From Lama glama (lineage: Eukaryota), in contig CM052817.1 in NCBI GenBank assembly GCA_028534125.1, forward strand, positions 55,244,001 through 55,308,000: 64,000 nucleotides of DNA. Reading direction: 5' to 3'. The translations under genes were made by a program, and so were the position numbers. Position 1 is the stretch's first letter. The number at the start of each line of letters is the position of its first letter. Under the pieces are notes generated by a model. That model saw only the letters and a list, made by a program, of their open reading frames with translations, was not told the origin of the DNA and did no database searches. Shown here piece by piece: positions 1 to 13,200 of this stretch.

Positions 1-1724
1 TGTTTGTGGTGAAAAAACAACCATTTTCTCACGTTGTCTTCATTATATCCGCAAAGGTAAGGTCTTATTTTCAGATGAAAGATGTCAAAAATAAAGGACA
101 GAGTTTTTCTCATTAGGGAACCAACAAATTATAGAAAATACCAGAAACTATTTTGAGTTTGGAGCCTAGAACTAAACAAGGAGATCAAGTATTTATGGTT
201 TATCCTTTAATGCAAAGTGTTTTGTTTCGTTTTGTTTTGTCTGTGGGACATAATGCACAGACTTTTCCTAATAGATTCAGGACTGTATCTATATTGTTTC
301 CACAATTTAAACAATTGAAACAGGCTTGTGTTGTAAAAGATGTAGGAAAATGGGCAAAATCATGCATGGCTAATCCAAGAACAAATCAACACACTTCCCA
401 TCTTAAAAGGAAATTTCTGAACTAATAATGCCTTTTAACCTAGGAATTACCTTCCAGAAGTATGTAATAAAGATTTGAACAAATGACTCACAATTTATAT
501 ATCAAGACAGTCATATTGACATTGTCTATAGTATCCAAATATTGGATACAACTTCTACATCTCCCTCTTAATCAGATGGGTTAAGTAAGTTCTGGCATAT
601 CCTTTAAACAGAAAAAAATTTACAGATTCATATGTATATGATTTCAATGCCTTTACAGGAAATTAATGAAGTTATCAAAACATGTTGATCACAGTTTTGA
701 AAATATTTACATAATCAGTATAGATATGAAAGCTTGCACACCAAATGGTAACTATAATTAATATTGGATGATCCTTTTCTGACTAGTTTATATTGAACAT
801 TGATTTATGTCTTGAACATAAATAAATGAAAAACCTATTCCAAAGATATTTCCTTAGAAGTGTGAAAATAGAATGAAATAACACAAGATTAGATTCTCTA
901 AGCCTGCTAAAATTTAAGCTAAAATTTCATTTCCAGCAGTTTAAATAGTGAAACCTATATTTTCAGGTATTCCTTATTTTATTTGAATCCTTGTTTGAAG
1001 ATTTCAGAATGAATAAGAAAGCATCCTTTAAAGGTGAAATAATCTTTGCCAAAATGATTTTCTTTTAAGTAAAATGTAAAAGGCTTCAAATTTTCTTACG
1101 CTCCATAAAAGATGCTATTTTGGTTCTTGCCAGCCTAATAATAATAATAATAGTTTTTTTTAAGGTTTAGTTTCCTTTTTTTATGCTTACAGGGGAAATA
1201 GTGACTTGGCATGCAAAAATTGTAGGTTTCTGACAAACAATATCCTGCATTTACCATTAGAAGAAGAAAAGTGAACTTCAAGTGCCTAATAAGGACTTGA
1301 TAGAACAGTATTTTATTATAGCAGAAACATCCTGTGTGAGTCCGAGAGGATGGGCTCTCCTAATACCCTCTCAAGAATAATCATACGCTTTCACTCTGCT
1401 CTAACTCTGCAAATTCTTTCCTCTCCAGCTTTCCATGCATCTTTTTGTTGTTGCTTTTCTTCATTTAATCTAACAGTGCAAATAAATGCATTGTACCTTA
1501 ACATCCAAAATGGAGCACATTTTCTCTATAAAAATATTAAAGTATATTTTTGTCCTTGATTTTCCATATTAGGTGCCTGAAACCACATATACTCTCCAAA
1601 AAAGAAACAAATTATGTTTCAGAACATTGTTAGTGATGGGTAGCTAAGATTAATATGGTTTCCGACCTCTAATTCTTCAAATCTGCTACTTCTTTTGTAT
1701 TTTCTATAATAGTCAGTGTTGACA

Positions 1725-2030
1725 TAATACATCCAGTTGTCTGAACTAGAAAGATTGGAGTGACCCTTGATGTAAGCCTACCTCATTCCCCAAGAAGGTC
1801 ATCAAAAACTTTACCATTAGATTTCCGTCTATTTCAACTGTCTTGTCCTTAGTTGAGATGCTCTTAATTTCACACTGAACTACTATAATAATATCCTAAG
1901 TCATGTGTATGTATCTGCATATATGTGTATATATACTATTTATTTTTCAAATATGTAAATCTGATATTGTCACCTCCCTATTTAAAAACCTGTATCATTC
2001 CCAGTAGAAGGTAAAACATACATTCTTGGT
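1725..2030 (+). mobile_element. L2 LINE fragment (old)
   Basis: Degenerate match to L2 3' region motifs (catccagttg...ggagtgacccttga; aaatctgatattgtcacctccctatttaaaaacct). Boundaries approximate. Confidence 0.6.
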
Positions 2031-2045
2031 TTAGTCAAATATCTT

Positions 2046-2206
2046 TTTTTGTTTTAAATCATCACTTTGTAAATTTTATTTTTTATTGTAGTTTTTAAAC
2101 CTTGTTTTCGTTATTACTGTTTTTTTAATAGAGGTACTGGGAATGGAACCCAGATTGTCATGCATGCTAAGCATGCACTCTACCGCTGAGCTATATCCCT
2201 CCTCCC
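2046..2206 (-). mobile_element. Vic-1-type camelid tRNA(Ala)-derived SINE
   Basis: Minus strand reads gggaggagggatatagctcagcggtagagtgcatgcttagcatgcatgacaatctgggttccattcccagtacctctattaaaaaaa (A-box/B-box tRNA-like head plus A-rich tail). TSD tcaaatatctt at 2035-2045 and 2210-2220. Confidence 0.9.
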
Positions 2207-2335
2207 AGTTCAAATATCTTATTTCTTTACCTCAAACTTTATAACCAATAGATCATCACTTTACTGCTGATAGTATCTTTTAACTGTTATCCCAGTTCCC
2301 CACTTTTATTCATCCCCTTTGCCATTATCTCAGAC

Positions 2336-2582
2336 CAGTTTTCCTAAGGGGGAGAAGACTAGGGTGGGTACTACAATGAGATGGAGGGAGGTATTTGCCC
2401 CCAGGAGACATTTAACAAAGACTGCAGATATTTTTGTTAAAACTAGGGGCAAGGATGATACTGGTATCTAGTGAGTAGTAGCCATGGGTGCTCCCAAACA
2501 TCCTACTATGCACAGGACAGCCCCTGCCAGCAAAGAATTATCCAATCCAGAATATCAATAGTGCTGAGGTTGAGAAACTCTG
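2336..2582 (+). mobile_element. MER20 (hAT-Charlie) DNA transposon inserted in L2
   Basis: cag...ctg termini and internal aaacatcctactatgcacaggacagccc...aatagtgctgaggttgagaaactctg typical of MER20. Degenerate 8-bp TSD tctcagac / ccttagac. Confidence 0.9.
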
Positions 2583-2590
2583 CCTTAGAC

Positions 2591-2960
2591 CAAGCCATCA
2601 CTAATGTCTTCTAGATAAATCTAGCAACCTGATAACTGACCTCTCCTTACCAGTCTTGCTCCCATCCACATCATTATTCACACTCCAACTACAATGGCCT
2701 CTCTACAACTTACTATGAACCTGTGTTTTGTACTTAAGACTTGAACTGTTCCTGAGCATCAGGTCTGAAAAAGGCTTACAAGATTTTTCATGATTTGCTT
2801 CCTTATTTACTGTAGTTTTTTCTGTCATCCTTTTCCTTTCTTATACTAAGCTTCAGCCCTACTAAAGCACAGGAATCTTCCATTTTTTGAAGACCCATCC
2901 TCTCTCCTCATTGTCTGGCTTTTAGCATTTTAACATGCTATTCCCTTCAGCTGATACTAT
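2591..2960 (+). mobile_element. L2 LINE fragment (old)
   Basis: ccaagccatcac...gcaacctgataactgacctctcc...cttgctcccatccacatcattattcacac resembles the L2 3' region. Confidence 0.55.
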
Positions 2961-4899
2961 GACTCTTAAATGTCAAGCCTCATTCCCTAGGACAAGTGCC
3001 TGCCACTAAGGAAAAGTGGAAAGTAACCGAGAATAGGCACGAAAATCCTTGTATCCCTGGAATTTCTGAGAGAACAGGTTGGGCTGTTTGAGCCTAAAAC
3101 TCAGTCCATTTTCTACTCTAAGTGTTCAACAGCTGTTCAGTATCATTGTTGTTTTTGCTACTATTACTGCTTTGTTTAACATACTATAAGCATATCGAGG
3201 ACAAAGTTTTTTTGCCACTTGTCCTGGCACTGGAAACAAGTTATCCCATTGGGGCAGAGTAGCTAAGGAAGATACATTTCCCTTCATTTGCAGGCTCCTG
3301 GGGAGCAGGGGGAGGTCAGTGTGGGTGCCAAGCTGTACGCAAATGTGGAGAGTCAAGTGTACATTGGATACCAGTCCATCTATTCAATAGCTGGAAAGTC
3401 ACAAAATAATAGAGGAAAAGATGGCAGGTTTAGAGATACTGGGAATTCCTCCTGACAAACTTTGAGCCAGAGAAAATCAACAGGAACAACATTCTTGGTG
3501 ATATTAACTGGTATAGGAAAGATAGGGAATAACATTTTTTTTTCCTTTACCTTGTTTGACTTCAAAAGATGCTGGAATGAGAAACATATCACTTAAATAT
3601 CAATGTTTCTATTTTTAATTTTAAAGTATTTTTATAAGAAAGAAAAATCAATTATTTTGCCAATCTGAAGGAATAGTGCTTTGCTACCAAGAATAAAAAC
3701 AGTCCACTGACTGCACAAATAGAATCCACAGTTTTCTTGCAACATACTGCTTGATTTTTGTTGACACTACTGCCCAGTGTCTTTAGATTTATTTTTAAAT
3801 CCTCTTATCCAATTTATCCAAGTAACTTCATAGCAAGTTGAACATACTTTTGTTCTTTCATGATACTGTGGAAATAAAGATCATGAAAATATACATCAAC
3901 AATTTCTAAACCAACTTTTAATAATTATCATTTTCATGTTTAATTTAAAAAAAAAGAAACCTCAGATACTATTCCTTAGAAAAGTCTAGAATTTGAATTT
4001 CCATGATTCTGATATTTCTTTTAGTTATCCAGAGTAAAAATAGTAGCTTTTAAAGGGGAGGAAAAAAAGCTTTTATCTTATTGACATATTGAAAACAGGA
4101 AATGAGTTCAAGTTTGATAAAAAAGTCATTTTCAGAAAACGTGTAAGTTTAATTTTTTTAAACACTAAAGCCAAGCATCTCTAAGTGATAGCTTTTAACT
4201 ATTCTATTGTTTAAAATTATTCTCCAGATAAAAGCAGGCACTTGCAAAGCACTTCCAAAACCCACAGAAGCATTATTTCTCACTTGTAAAACTCAAGTGA
4301 TTTGTATTTTTTTCTTTTGTTTTATTGACTGTTAGAGAGGGATGGAGATGCTAGCTTTGAGAAAGAAGTAACTATGAGACATTTGTTATGTACAGAAGAA
4401 GTATTTGAAATTGCACCTCTGACTATTTTAAAAATTGCCAATTAAAAAAGCACCATATAAATGCCATTCTAATTTTATTGTATTTAAAAGGGAATTTACT
4501 GATATTCAAAAATTAATCTATCTAATGGGAGGTTAGATTATATTGAGTAATAAATAGTATGTATTTCATGGAGAAATCAGTATTTAAAAAATTGTGTGCA
4601 TTTGCAATGTGAAGTTACCAGAAAAGGATGCATTGTCATAAATGTATTACAAAATTAAAAAATGAATATAATATTTTTGATCTTAGATATGATACAGAGT
4701 AAAGGAACTATTTGAGAGCTTTAGATCTCAGAATATTCTTTCATTCCTTTTTTAATATACTAGATGCAAAGAAAGACATACTTAATTCTCACCATGAAAG
4801 TTCATATCATAGTGAAGAAAATGTCAATTTGCAAAAACTGAGACAAGGTGTGCTAAATTTTATAATGCAAGTTTTTACAAAAGACAATGGAATACAGAT

Positions 4900-5590
4900 T
4901 AAAGAACTATTACTTCTATTAGAATGGAAAAGGAGTGGGGGTGTTAAAGAAACCCTTACAGGTGAGACAGAATTCACCTGGAACTCAGAAGAGGGAAGGC
5001 ACTATGGGGCCATATTGACAGAGGTTAAGCAAGAGCGGAGGCAGAGAAGCAGTGAAAATACAGAGAGATAGAAATTAATGAGGGAGGTGCAGGGTATATT
5101 ATAGATGGAAATGTGTTGGTGGGGCAGAATTAGTTACTAAAGAGAAGTTGGAATTTTATTTGAGATCATGTTTGAATAGGCTTTAGGGGTCATATAAGTA
5201 TTTTGGAGATTATTCGTGAATAATAGTGTCCTGTTACCTTTTTAAGCAGTGTGTTGGAATGAGCAAATGTTAGTTTCAGAAATTCAAAAAACTCTGAGAT
5301 GGGAGTGAGAAGGGATATTGGGCAGAGAGGCTAATATCAAGGATAGCAGCCAGAAGCCATCGCTGTTATTTAGGACAAAGATAGGAGAATGACTGGCAGG
5401 AAGCACCAGCAATGGTTAATAAATGAACATATTTGGAAAGCAGACGAAACTTAATGGCTGTTGATGCAGGAGGCTGAGGAGTGAAAGGGAAGACAGAATC
5501 AAAGATGACGCTAAATAGCCCAGTTTTTCTGACATCTGGTCCTGGAGAACTGTATTTTCTTCTAATCTCAGATAGCGACACTGAATAAAT
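4900..5590 (-). mobile_element. L2 LINE fragments (old)
   Basis: Purine-rich reverse-strand L2 motifs (gagtgaaagggaagacagaatcaaagatgac...cagtttttctgac). Confidence 0.55.
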
Positions 5591-8500
5591 TTGCATGACT
5601 TCACGTTCTTTGCAAACAGTTTAATTTCTCCTTCTTCTGGGTTGTATCTACCCTTTATGTATGCTTCTGTTGTTCTAATCACATATTGCTTTTGTTTAGA
5701 CCTCTCTCAAGAGGGAAAGAGGTAACAATAAGTGAAAATAATAAGCAAGTTACTGAAAAGTCTAAGTGAAGTTATTTGAACTATTATCAAGTGAAAAATT
5801 ACTCTGGATGCTGCTAAATTTAAAAAGTAAAGGCTAAATTTACATATGACATTCAGTTCTAAATCTATAAGGCATAGAAAGTGGAAAGGATTAGTGGTAA
5901 GAAGTTTATTTTTATAAAGCATATTAGAGTTATGAATTTTTTTGTTTTCAGTGCTATCAGTTTAATGCACAGAGATTAAATTGTCATAAAACTGTTTTTT
6001 CCTCCTTCTTCAGACATACTGTCTTTACTATTTAAGCATATAATTTCTCCTATTTAACCATGAAACAAGTCTTTAAAAGTAATGGTTATGTTTATGATTA
6101 TAAAACTAATACATGCTTACTATAGAAAATTTTAAAAACTGAATATGTATAAAGGAAAGTAGAATTGAAATATAATCCCACTACAACAGATATCCATTAT
6201 TAACATTGTAGTAATAATTCTTATTGATCTTTCTCTATATTTATGCCTACTGTCTTCTTGTATAAATGTATATGCATGCCTCTTTATTGATCAATTATTA
6301 AGAATTTGTTGATTGTCTAGGATGACATATCACGAAAATATTGCCTCTTTTCTTAAGATTCTACATTATGTTGTAAGAGTGTGTTATGATTTAGAAATTT
6401 CTCAGGGTTTTTTTTTTAATTATAGACAAAAGTGCCACAAATATCATAGGGGGGATTTGTAGTAAGGCTCTTTGTTAGAGTCTATACTCAGTCATTTTTT
6501 GGGTAATATTTACAACATATACAGATAAGAAAAGGAGAATCAAACAAAAAGAAAATTTGGGTAATGGAAATATTCCAAAACTTTAGTTTGAAAGTTAGTA
6601 GCATTTCAGTTTAAGATTTATTAAAACATGTAAGTGTTGTGATGTCTGGATTTGAAATAAAAGACCCAGAAATGTATAATTTCCAAATTGTTCTGATAAG
6701 TGGGAAAATTGCAATGAAATTTATAGTCATGAATTCGTTCCCTAGAGAGAGGATCTTATAATTACAGCTCTTTTCTCTTTAACAAGCTAAGCAAGAAACA
6801 GCCCTATCAGAACGTAATATTTCATTGTTATTATTTCCATAAATTTGGAAAATGTAATGATATTTTAACTTTTTGTAGCAATTCTATTAAAAATCATAAG
6901 TATTGTTAATTTCACTTGTTGAATAAATGAACAAAAATATAATCTTCTCTGGCTCATGAGCAAAATATAGAAGATACACAATTTTATCCCCTCATCTTGT
7001 TTTCCTCCATAGTCAACCTTCAGCTAATCAAATTATTCAAAAACGTTGAATGATATTATTTATGTTATGCTTATATAGCTAAGTAAATTTAATTAAACAT
7101 CACTTTTTATTCTTATTATTTTTAAACTCTTCAGTTATTATTTCTATTAGACTAATTTCAATGTTAACAGCATTTGCAAGTCAAATGTAAGAAATGTCAG
7201 GTATTGGAAAGTTTGGTTTAGAAAAATGGTGTGGGGAGACAAAAATTGCCTTTACCATAGAATTTCTAAATATAACCTACCAGCTTGTGCTTTAATTAAA
7301 TTGCAAATATGTTTTTCTTTTGAGTACTAAGTATTAACAGCTAGAGAGTTGTTGGATTAGTAAAGCTGTATATGGGGGCAGAGAGAGAGAAGTTAGTCAT
7401 TTCTCCACAATGTCTCATTAATTTCCAATATTTTTTAGGCCACTTACACATACTCATATACATGCACACACCTACCATGATCTCTTATATTCTTCTTTTT
7501 TTTGGTACAGGAGTACTAGGTAGACATTTTGAAATTGCTGAGTTACATCTCATGTAGAAAATGGCCAATAGTGTGTGGGACCTCCCTGAGGCTTTTATTA
7601 ACACACTGCTAGATCTCTATAACTGCATGGGGAGATGTTACTGGTAGTCCAGCTGGCCAATTTATTGAAACCAGGACAAAACCCCAGTTTCTATTTAATT
7701 ATCTGTGACATTGCTATAGCACTAAGAAATTGGGTTGCCTGGTAATTTTGCTGCATTGCTGAATCTGTTCCAAGGTGAAAATGGTGATTTCAAGAAATTC
7801 ATTGAGTTTCAGGCAGGAATGAAAGTTTAATGCCTACTTTATTCATCTCCCTGCCTTAATCCTAGGTCTGCAGTAAAGTAATCCCAAGAAGATAGACATC
7901 TTATTTTTATCTTTAAGGAATGAGAATCTGCAATCTTATTTGGAACCCAGGTCTCACATTTCTCCATCATCTCAGCCAGAAAGTTCTTCCAAACATCTGT
8001 GCAATGTTTAGCCAAATTACTATTTGTTGCCTCTCTTTGAAAATCAGTTGAACTTCCACTTGTGTAACATCTTGAAGATGTAATATCTGTTACCAGAATA
8101 AAGGTGAATGTATCTATTAAAATTTTCTTAAAGTCTTGCTATTTAGACTCCTATATTTGTAATGTAGGGAAGTTTTAAATTCCATTGATTCTGTCCTGAA
8201 TACTGTGTTTTAACCAAAGCCTCCTTATTATTGAGATGAAGAAGTATGTAAATAATCTAGGTTGCGTCTCAGTACTAGTCTTGTCTTTTCTTAAAATACT
8301 ACCAGATGATTCAACTGTTGAAATATTGTGTTATCTAAACATTCGTAATTATACCTACCTTTTAAATTCATCTAACTATTTGAACTTTAATTGAATTTTC
8401 TTAAGTGCATTACCCTTCCCAAATTTGGCTCAATTAATGAATATAGTGAACTTATCTTTATTTTGTCTATTTTAAAATTCTTTATTCTGTTTTGTGTTGA

Positions 8501-10222
8501 ATTGAGATGTGAAATTTGAACTAAAAAACCAGAGTACTTAATAATAGCTACTACTTTCTATTTCATAAAAGAGGAACTAAAACTCAGAGTGATTAAATAG
8601 ATTGTGAGTAGCTATGTCAGGACTACAAAATTCTTCCCTTAAGCTTATATCACAATAATGGTTTCTAAAATTTAGAAATGTAATGAAATATATCATTCTA
8701 ATTAAAAAGATCTTTATTTCACTTTTTGAAAATACTTGTGTCATTTAAGACAAAAAAAAAAAGAGAGGTAACCAATAAAAAAAGATAGAATATACCTCCA
8801 TTATTTCCCCTGGTGCATACACACAGTGGTACTTATAAAAATTATCTTTTGTGAAACAGATTTCATGGCAACATTGCTTTCTCTGGCCAAATGTGTAGCA
8901 ATGTACTAGGGCTCAGAAAACATAACTAAAACAATAGCAATAATAACAACAACAACAAAGCCCATAAAATAATGAACCGAAATCAAATAAATGAAAATTA
9001 TGACCTGGTATATATGTGACAGCAGCCCAGCTACTTCTGTCCACATCACTGAATATGGACTAAGAAGCTAATTGGATCAAGAGCTTGAGGTGCTTGCAAC
9101 TACCAGGCAGCGAAGAAACCACTCCGCTTGTGCTGTTGTTTGTTTTAACCAGTGTTTGCTCCAGTGTTATTCAGGTTCATATCTATAACTCTAGAATGCT
9201 GCATAGATGAGATCTTTCTGGGAAGTCAGAAATTAAGATGGAGAGTCACAAACTACTAAAAGAAAATGGGGCACGTGCTCTGATTTTCTGATCTTTCATA
9301 GGAAGGCAGCCAATGCTGAATTGAGGTAAAGCCAACAAATGAAGAGTTCAATGTTCGTGAATATTCTCTTTAACAGGAGCAGGTAGAAGAAACTGTCTAT
9401 GTAAGTCCTTGAATAGTACTGTAAGTTCTGAGAAAATGGGTAGAAATCAGTATCTCCCAGCAAAATTAACACTCCTCCACCAAGGCAAGTCCCTGACTTG
9501 TATGATGGTATTATGGAGACCTGTACAATCTTTGCTAGAGTATCTGGGGTTTGGGACTAAAGTTGTTATGAGATACACTGTACCACTTCCTACTCTGATG
9601 CCACCATGTAGATGCTAAATTTGTATATCTTTGGCTAAATTAATTAAGAATGTGGAATCTGGAGTATATACTTTTTACCAATGTATTGTACAAAAATGCT
9701 ACACATGACAAGTAAGAATGTGTATAGATATGTGCACATGTGCGTATTAAGTCAATGATAATATAAACAGGAAATGTAAAACAAACATCTTAAACATTAG
9801 GAAATGCATGCAGTCCTGTGTGTGTATTCTTGTGTGTATGTATACTTAAAACTGTGTACTTAAGATGAAAATCCAGTCCAAAGGCATGATCATTTGATAT
9901 GATAAACTATGAAAGATTTTCAACCCTCTTAGAGGAAAAGCATAAATTTCTTATAATTGTAAGGAAGTTATTTTATAACACTAGTCATTTTTCCTTTGGT
10001 TCAGTGTATACTTTTAGAAATCCACTGAAATAGTTTTGCCTGATTATGTTATACGTTTGATGATGGTGGCAAAGTTAATAATACTATAAAAGCAAAAGAG
10101 AGTCTTTTAGCTATTATATGAAATGCTTTTATGAAAGTGCAAATAATATTCAAAATTATAATTGCCAGTATTTATATTGCACTGCCTTAGATGGTTTAGT
10201 CATAAACTTACTTAATTCTAAC

Positions 10223-10628
10223 TGTAACCCATTGGATGAGGTCCTCATGAGGACCTGACCTCCTGTTGACCTGCAAGTTGCTGCCAGACAATGGAGGCTC
10301 CTCACCTCCTTCCCTGTCCTTAGAATGTAAGTTCTGTCCACTGTTCCCACAGCTGTATTCATTTCCAAGGATGTAGCCTTGAGAGAGAATGGGTCATTGA
10401 GCGCATCTGGACTGAATACATGACGGAACCCAGTTAAGGTCTCTATATAAACTTTTAAGATTCTGGTATGTAGGTGCAGAGATCTACTTTTCTTGCAGCT
10501 GTCCAAGACAAGCCTCCTTTGTAAGTTACCCTGCTTATTAAACCCACCACCCACAAATTGGAGTGGTCTCCCCTCTCTCTTTGGTCCCCCTTTGCGCTCA
10601 TGTACAGGCGCCAATTTAAGTATCAACA
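10223..10628 (+). mobile_element. ERV1-type solo LTR inserted into a MIR
   Basis: TG...CA termini (tgtaaccc...tatcaaca), TATA (ctatataaa ~10444) and attaaa polyA-like signal ~10537. MIR core resumes immediately after (aaccctatgtga...ccattttacagatg). Confidence 0.75.
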
Positions 10629-10780
10629 AACCCTATGTGATGTGTACTATTATTATCTCCATTTTACAGATGTGACTTGCTCTGTGAGGTTAAGTAATTT
10701 TGTTCAGCAGTTAATAAATGTAGGGCCAGCATAAAAATTCTAGGTAGTTTGGCTGCAATGTCTATTTTTTTAAACACTAC
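10629..10780 (-). mobile_element. MIR SINE (interrupted by the LTR)
   Basis: tactattattatctccattttacagatg...gaggttaagtaattt is the MIR core, reverse orientation. Confidence 0.8.
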
Positions 10781-11110
10781 AGAATAATTCATCCCACTGG
10801 TGAGAAAAATCACACCTCTGCATAGACTGGAGACTCTATAACTGTATAATGTTAATCAAAACTGGGCATTTAGCCTTGCCAGGAAAATCTGTATGGAACT
10901 ATTATGTTGAAAAGGAAAATACAATAGACTGTAATGATAAAGTAACTTTATTCCTCCCATAACAGTCCTTTTAAACCTATTATGTTTGTCCAGTTCCTCT
11001 CTGACTCTTGGACGGTATCTGGGGCAGGATCTATGAGTTTTCTGCTCACTCTCTTAAGGTTATAAAATGTTCTCTAGTTACTTTAGTCACAATTAGGTCT
11101 TATTTTTGTA

Positions 11111-11590
11111 TGACAGGGTTCAGGACATGCTACTCCAAATTATGGCACATTGGCATATTGAATACCTTAAGGTGAAGAAATTTGAGAAATGGCAGGTGCA
11201 GGAAGGAGTCTCTGACATCCCCTTCTCCCCAGAGTAGGTCATGAGAGGTGCCTGCCCCACAGCCAGAGGAAAGGAGAGTCCTTCTTTCAGAGGACTGAGG
11301 AATGCAGGAAGGAATGAAAATGAACAGACCTTGCTAAGTTCCCCCGGTTTATCACTGTTAGCTCATGTTCTTTTGTCCTGCCACATTTCTCCACGACCAC
11401 ACCCTTCAGCAAATGTAGCATTAAAATACTCAGATTTAACAGCTTCTTCCGGTCTTCATTTTCTTCTTTAGAAAGTTCCCACATGGACTAGTAAATAAAG
11501 CCCTATACTTTTCTCTTGGTAATCTTTCATTATAGACCCTCAGCAAGAACCTAGAAAGATAGAAGAAAGAAAAAATGTTTTCTCTGCCAA
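11111..11590 (+). mobile_element. MER39/MER34-like ERV1 solo LTR
   Basis: Begins tgacagggttcaggacatgctactccaaattatggcacattggcatattgaata, as in the MER39 group. aataaa ~11494; ends gaaaaaatgttttctctgccaa. Confidence 0.8.
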
Positions 11591-11714
11591 TGGTTATTAG
11601 AGTATCCATTCTCATGTAATAGTGAGGACTCTAAACTTAAACATTTATGCTTCCTCCATTTGCAGTATTTCAATTAGAGGCCTGCAGTGGCTGGATATAG
11701 TGGTCAAACTCAGC

Positions 11715-13200
11715 TTTTTTCAGTTTTTACTATGGTTACTTTACAACATGTATCAAAGTTGAAAAAATGTCTAGTGGAAACTCGAATACACACCTCTAGA
11801 TTATACCATGAATCTTTTCGTATTCTTGCTTCATCATAAATCCTTTCCTTTACCCATCCTCTGTTCATTCATCAGTCTTATTTTTTGATGATTTTCAAAC
11901 TAAATCAGAGACATCAGAACATTTCTAAATATTTCAGCATGCAGATCTTAGATAGAATTCAGTATTTATATGTGTTTTTTCCCCTGATGTCAAACTTACA
12001 ATTTGTGTGTATTGAATCTCACGAAGTTTAGCGTATGCTTTCTGAGTTTTTACAAATGCACACACTCTTGTAAACCAAGTCAAGATAAGACTGTAATTAT
12101 CATCCCATAAAGTTTGGCCATGCCCAGTACACTCAACTTATGCCTATGACATGAGGCAATTATCATTTTGATATTTTTAGACCACATGTTACTTGGGTCT
12201 GTTTCAGAACTTTAAATAAGTCAAATAGTATGACATCTTTTTAGCGGTGAGCAGCAGCGCTTTGTATGGTATTCAGCAGTTCATTTAATACAGTCACCTG
12301 TTAGTGGACTCAGCTCTTTCCAGTTTTTAATCATGTATAAAACAGCTTTGCAACATTTTAGTGTGTTTTTTTTTCCTTACATATATTTTTATTTGGGGGG
12401 TTAAATACCTAGTAATGGAATTACAGGATTATTGTGTTACCGTGGGAGACGACAGGGCCGCCCTTGACTTCCGTTCTTTCGTGCAACAAAGAATTGAGAA
12501 GCCACGACAGTAGCTGAGTATTAGACAAATTTATTTTGAAAGGAAATACATTTCAAGACAGAGGTGGACCAAGGCAAGGGAGGCAACGGCCCGAAAAGCA
12601 GAGTACCTTAGCTTTTTAAACGTCGGGTTTGCCTCGGGGAGCCGCATCATTTGGTTGCCAGCCGACACTTAACGTAGCGGGTATCCGAACTGCGCATGCT
12701 TTTCCCAGAATTCACTCTGTTTTAACGAGATTAATGTATGTGCGGAATATGTAACAGGAGATAATAAATATTTAGGAGGGTAGGGCCGTTTGAGGGCACG
12801 GGTCCGGGGCTCTGCGCATGCTCAGCCAGGGGACTTTCCCGCTGTGGTGTTTAGTCGCTTCTCTGAGGGTGGTCGTTCCTTAGGTGTTACCAGCAACGAG
12901 CAGGACTGAGTCTCTTTGGAGTCCTTCGGACGTTGTCCTCCTGGGCCTGAACACTCAAGGCTGACCGACTGCCTACCAACTGGATAAATTATGTTTAGTT
13001 ACATGAGATATTGCCAGAACTTTCTCCAGAGTGATAGGCCAAGATAGGAGAGTTTATGGGTGGTCCATACGCTCACCTGCTTTTGGTGACGTCAGTCAGA
13101 TTCATCACTGAGGAGGTATGTAATGGCTGTTTCTTATGGTTTTATTTTTCATTTCCCTAGTAATTAATGATGTTGAACACCTTTTCATGGCCTCACAATG
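11715..13200 (-). mobile_element. Old L1 (L1ME/L1MC-type) 3' end, split by the LTR at 12435-12980
   Basis: aaatacctagtaatggaattacagg | ...tatgtttagttacatgagatattgccagaac...atttccctagtaattaatgatgttgaacaccttttcatg is continuous reverse-strand L1 ORF2 end/3'UTR across the LTR. Confidence 0.75.
12435..12980 (-). mobile_element. CpG-rich, relatively young ERV1-type solo LTR
   Basis: Sharp GC/CpG-rich island inside AT-rich L1. Minus strand ends ...cccacggtaaca, with TATA-like tttaaaaag (~12612-12620) and AATAAA (~12530-12535) in LTR order. Confidence 0.8.

Noticed and set aside
2125..2206. tRNA-Ala-like sequence
   Set aside because: A-rich tail, TSDs and a broken cloverleaf identify it as a SINE, not a tRNA gene.
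9302..9400. Two 24-nt plus-strand microexon-like segments
   Set aside because: They are separated by only ~51 nt, too short for a normal intron, and neither peptide is recognisable.
10156..10629. 157-aa minus-strand ORF
   Set aside because: Antisense to a solo LTR, TTG start, no recognisable protein.
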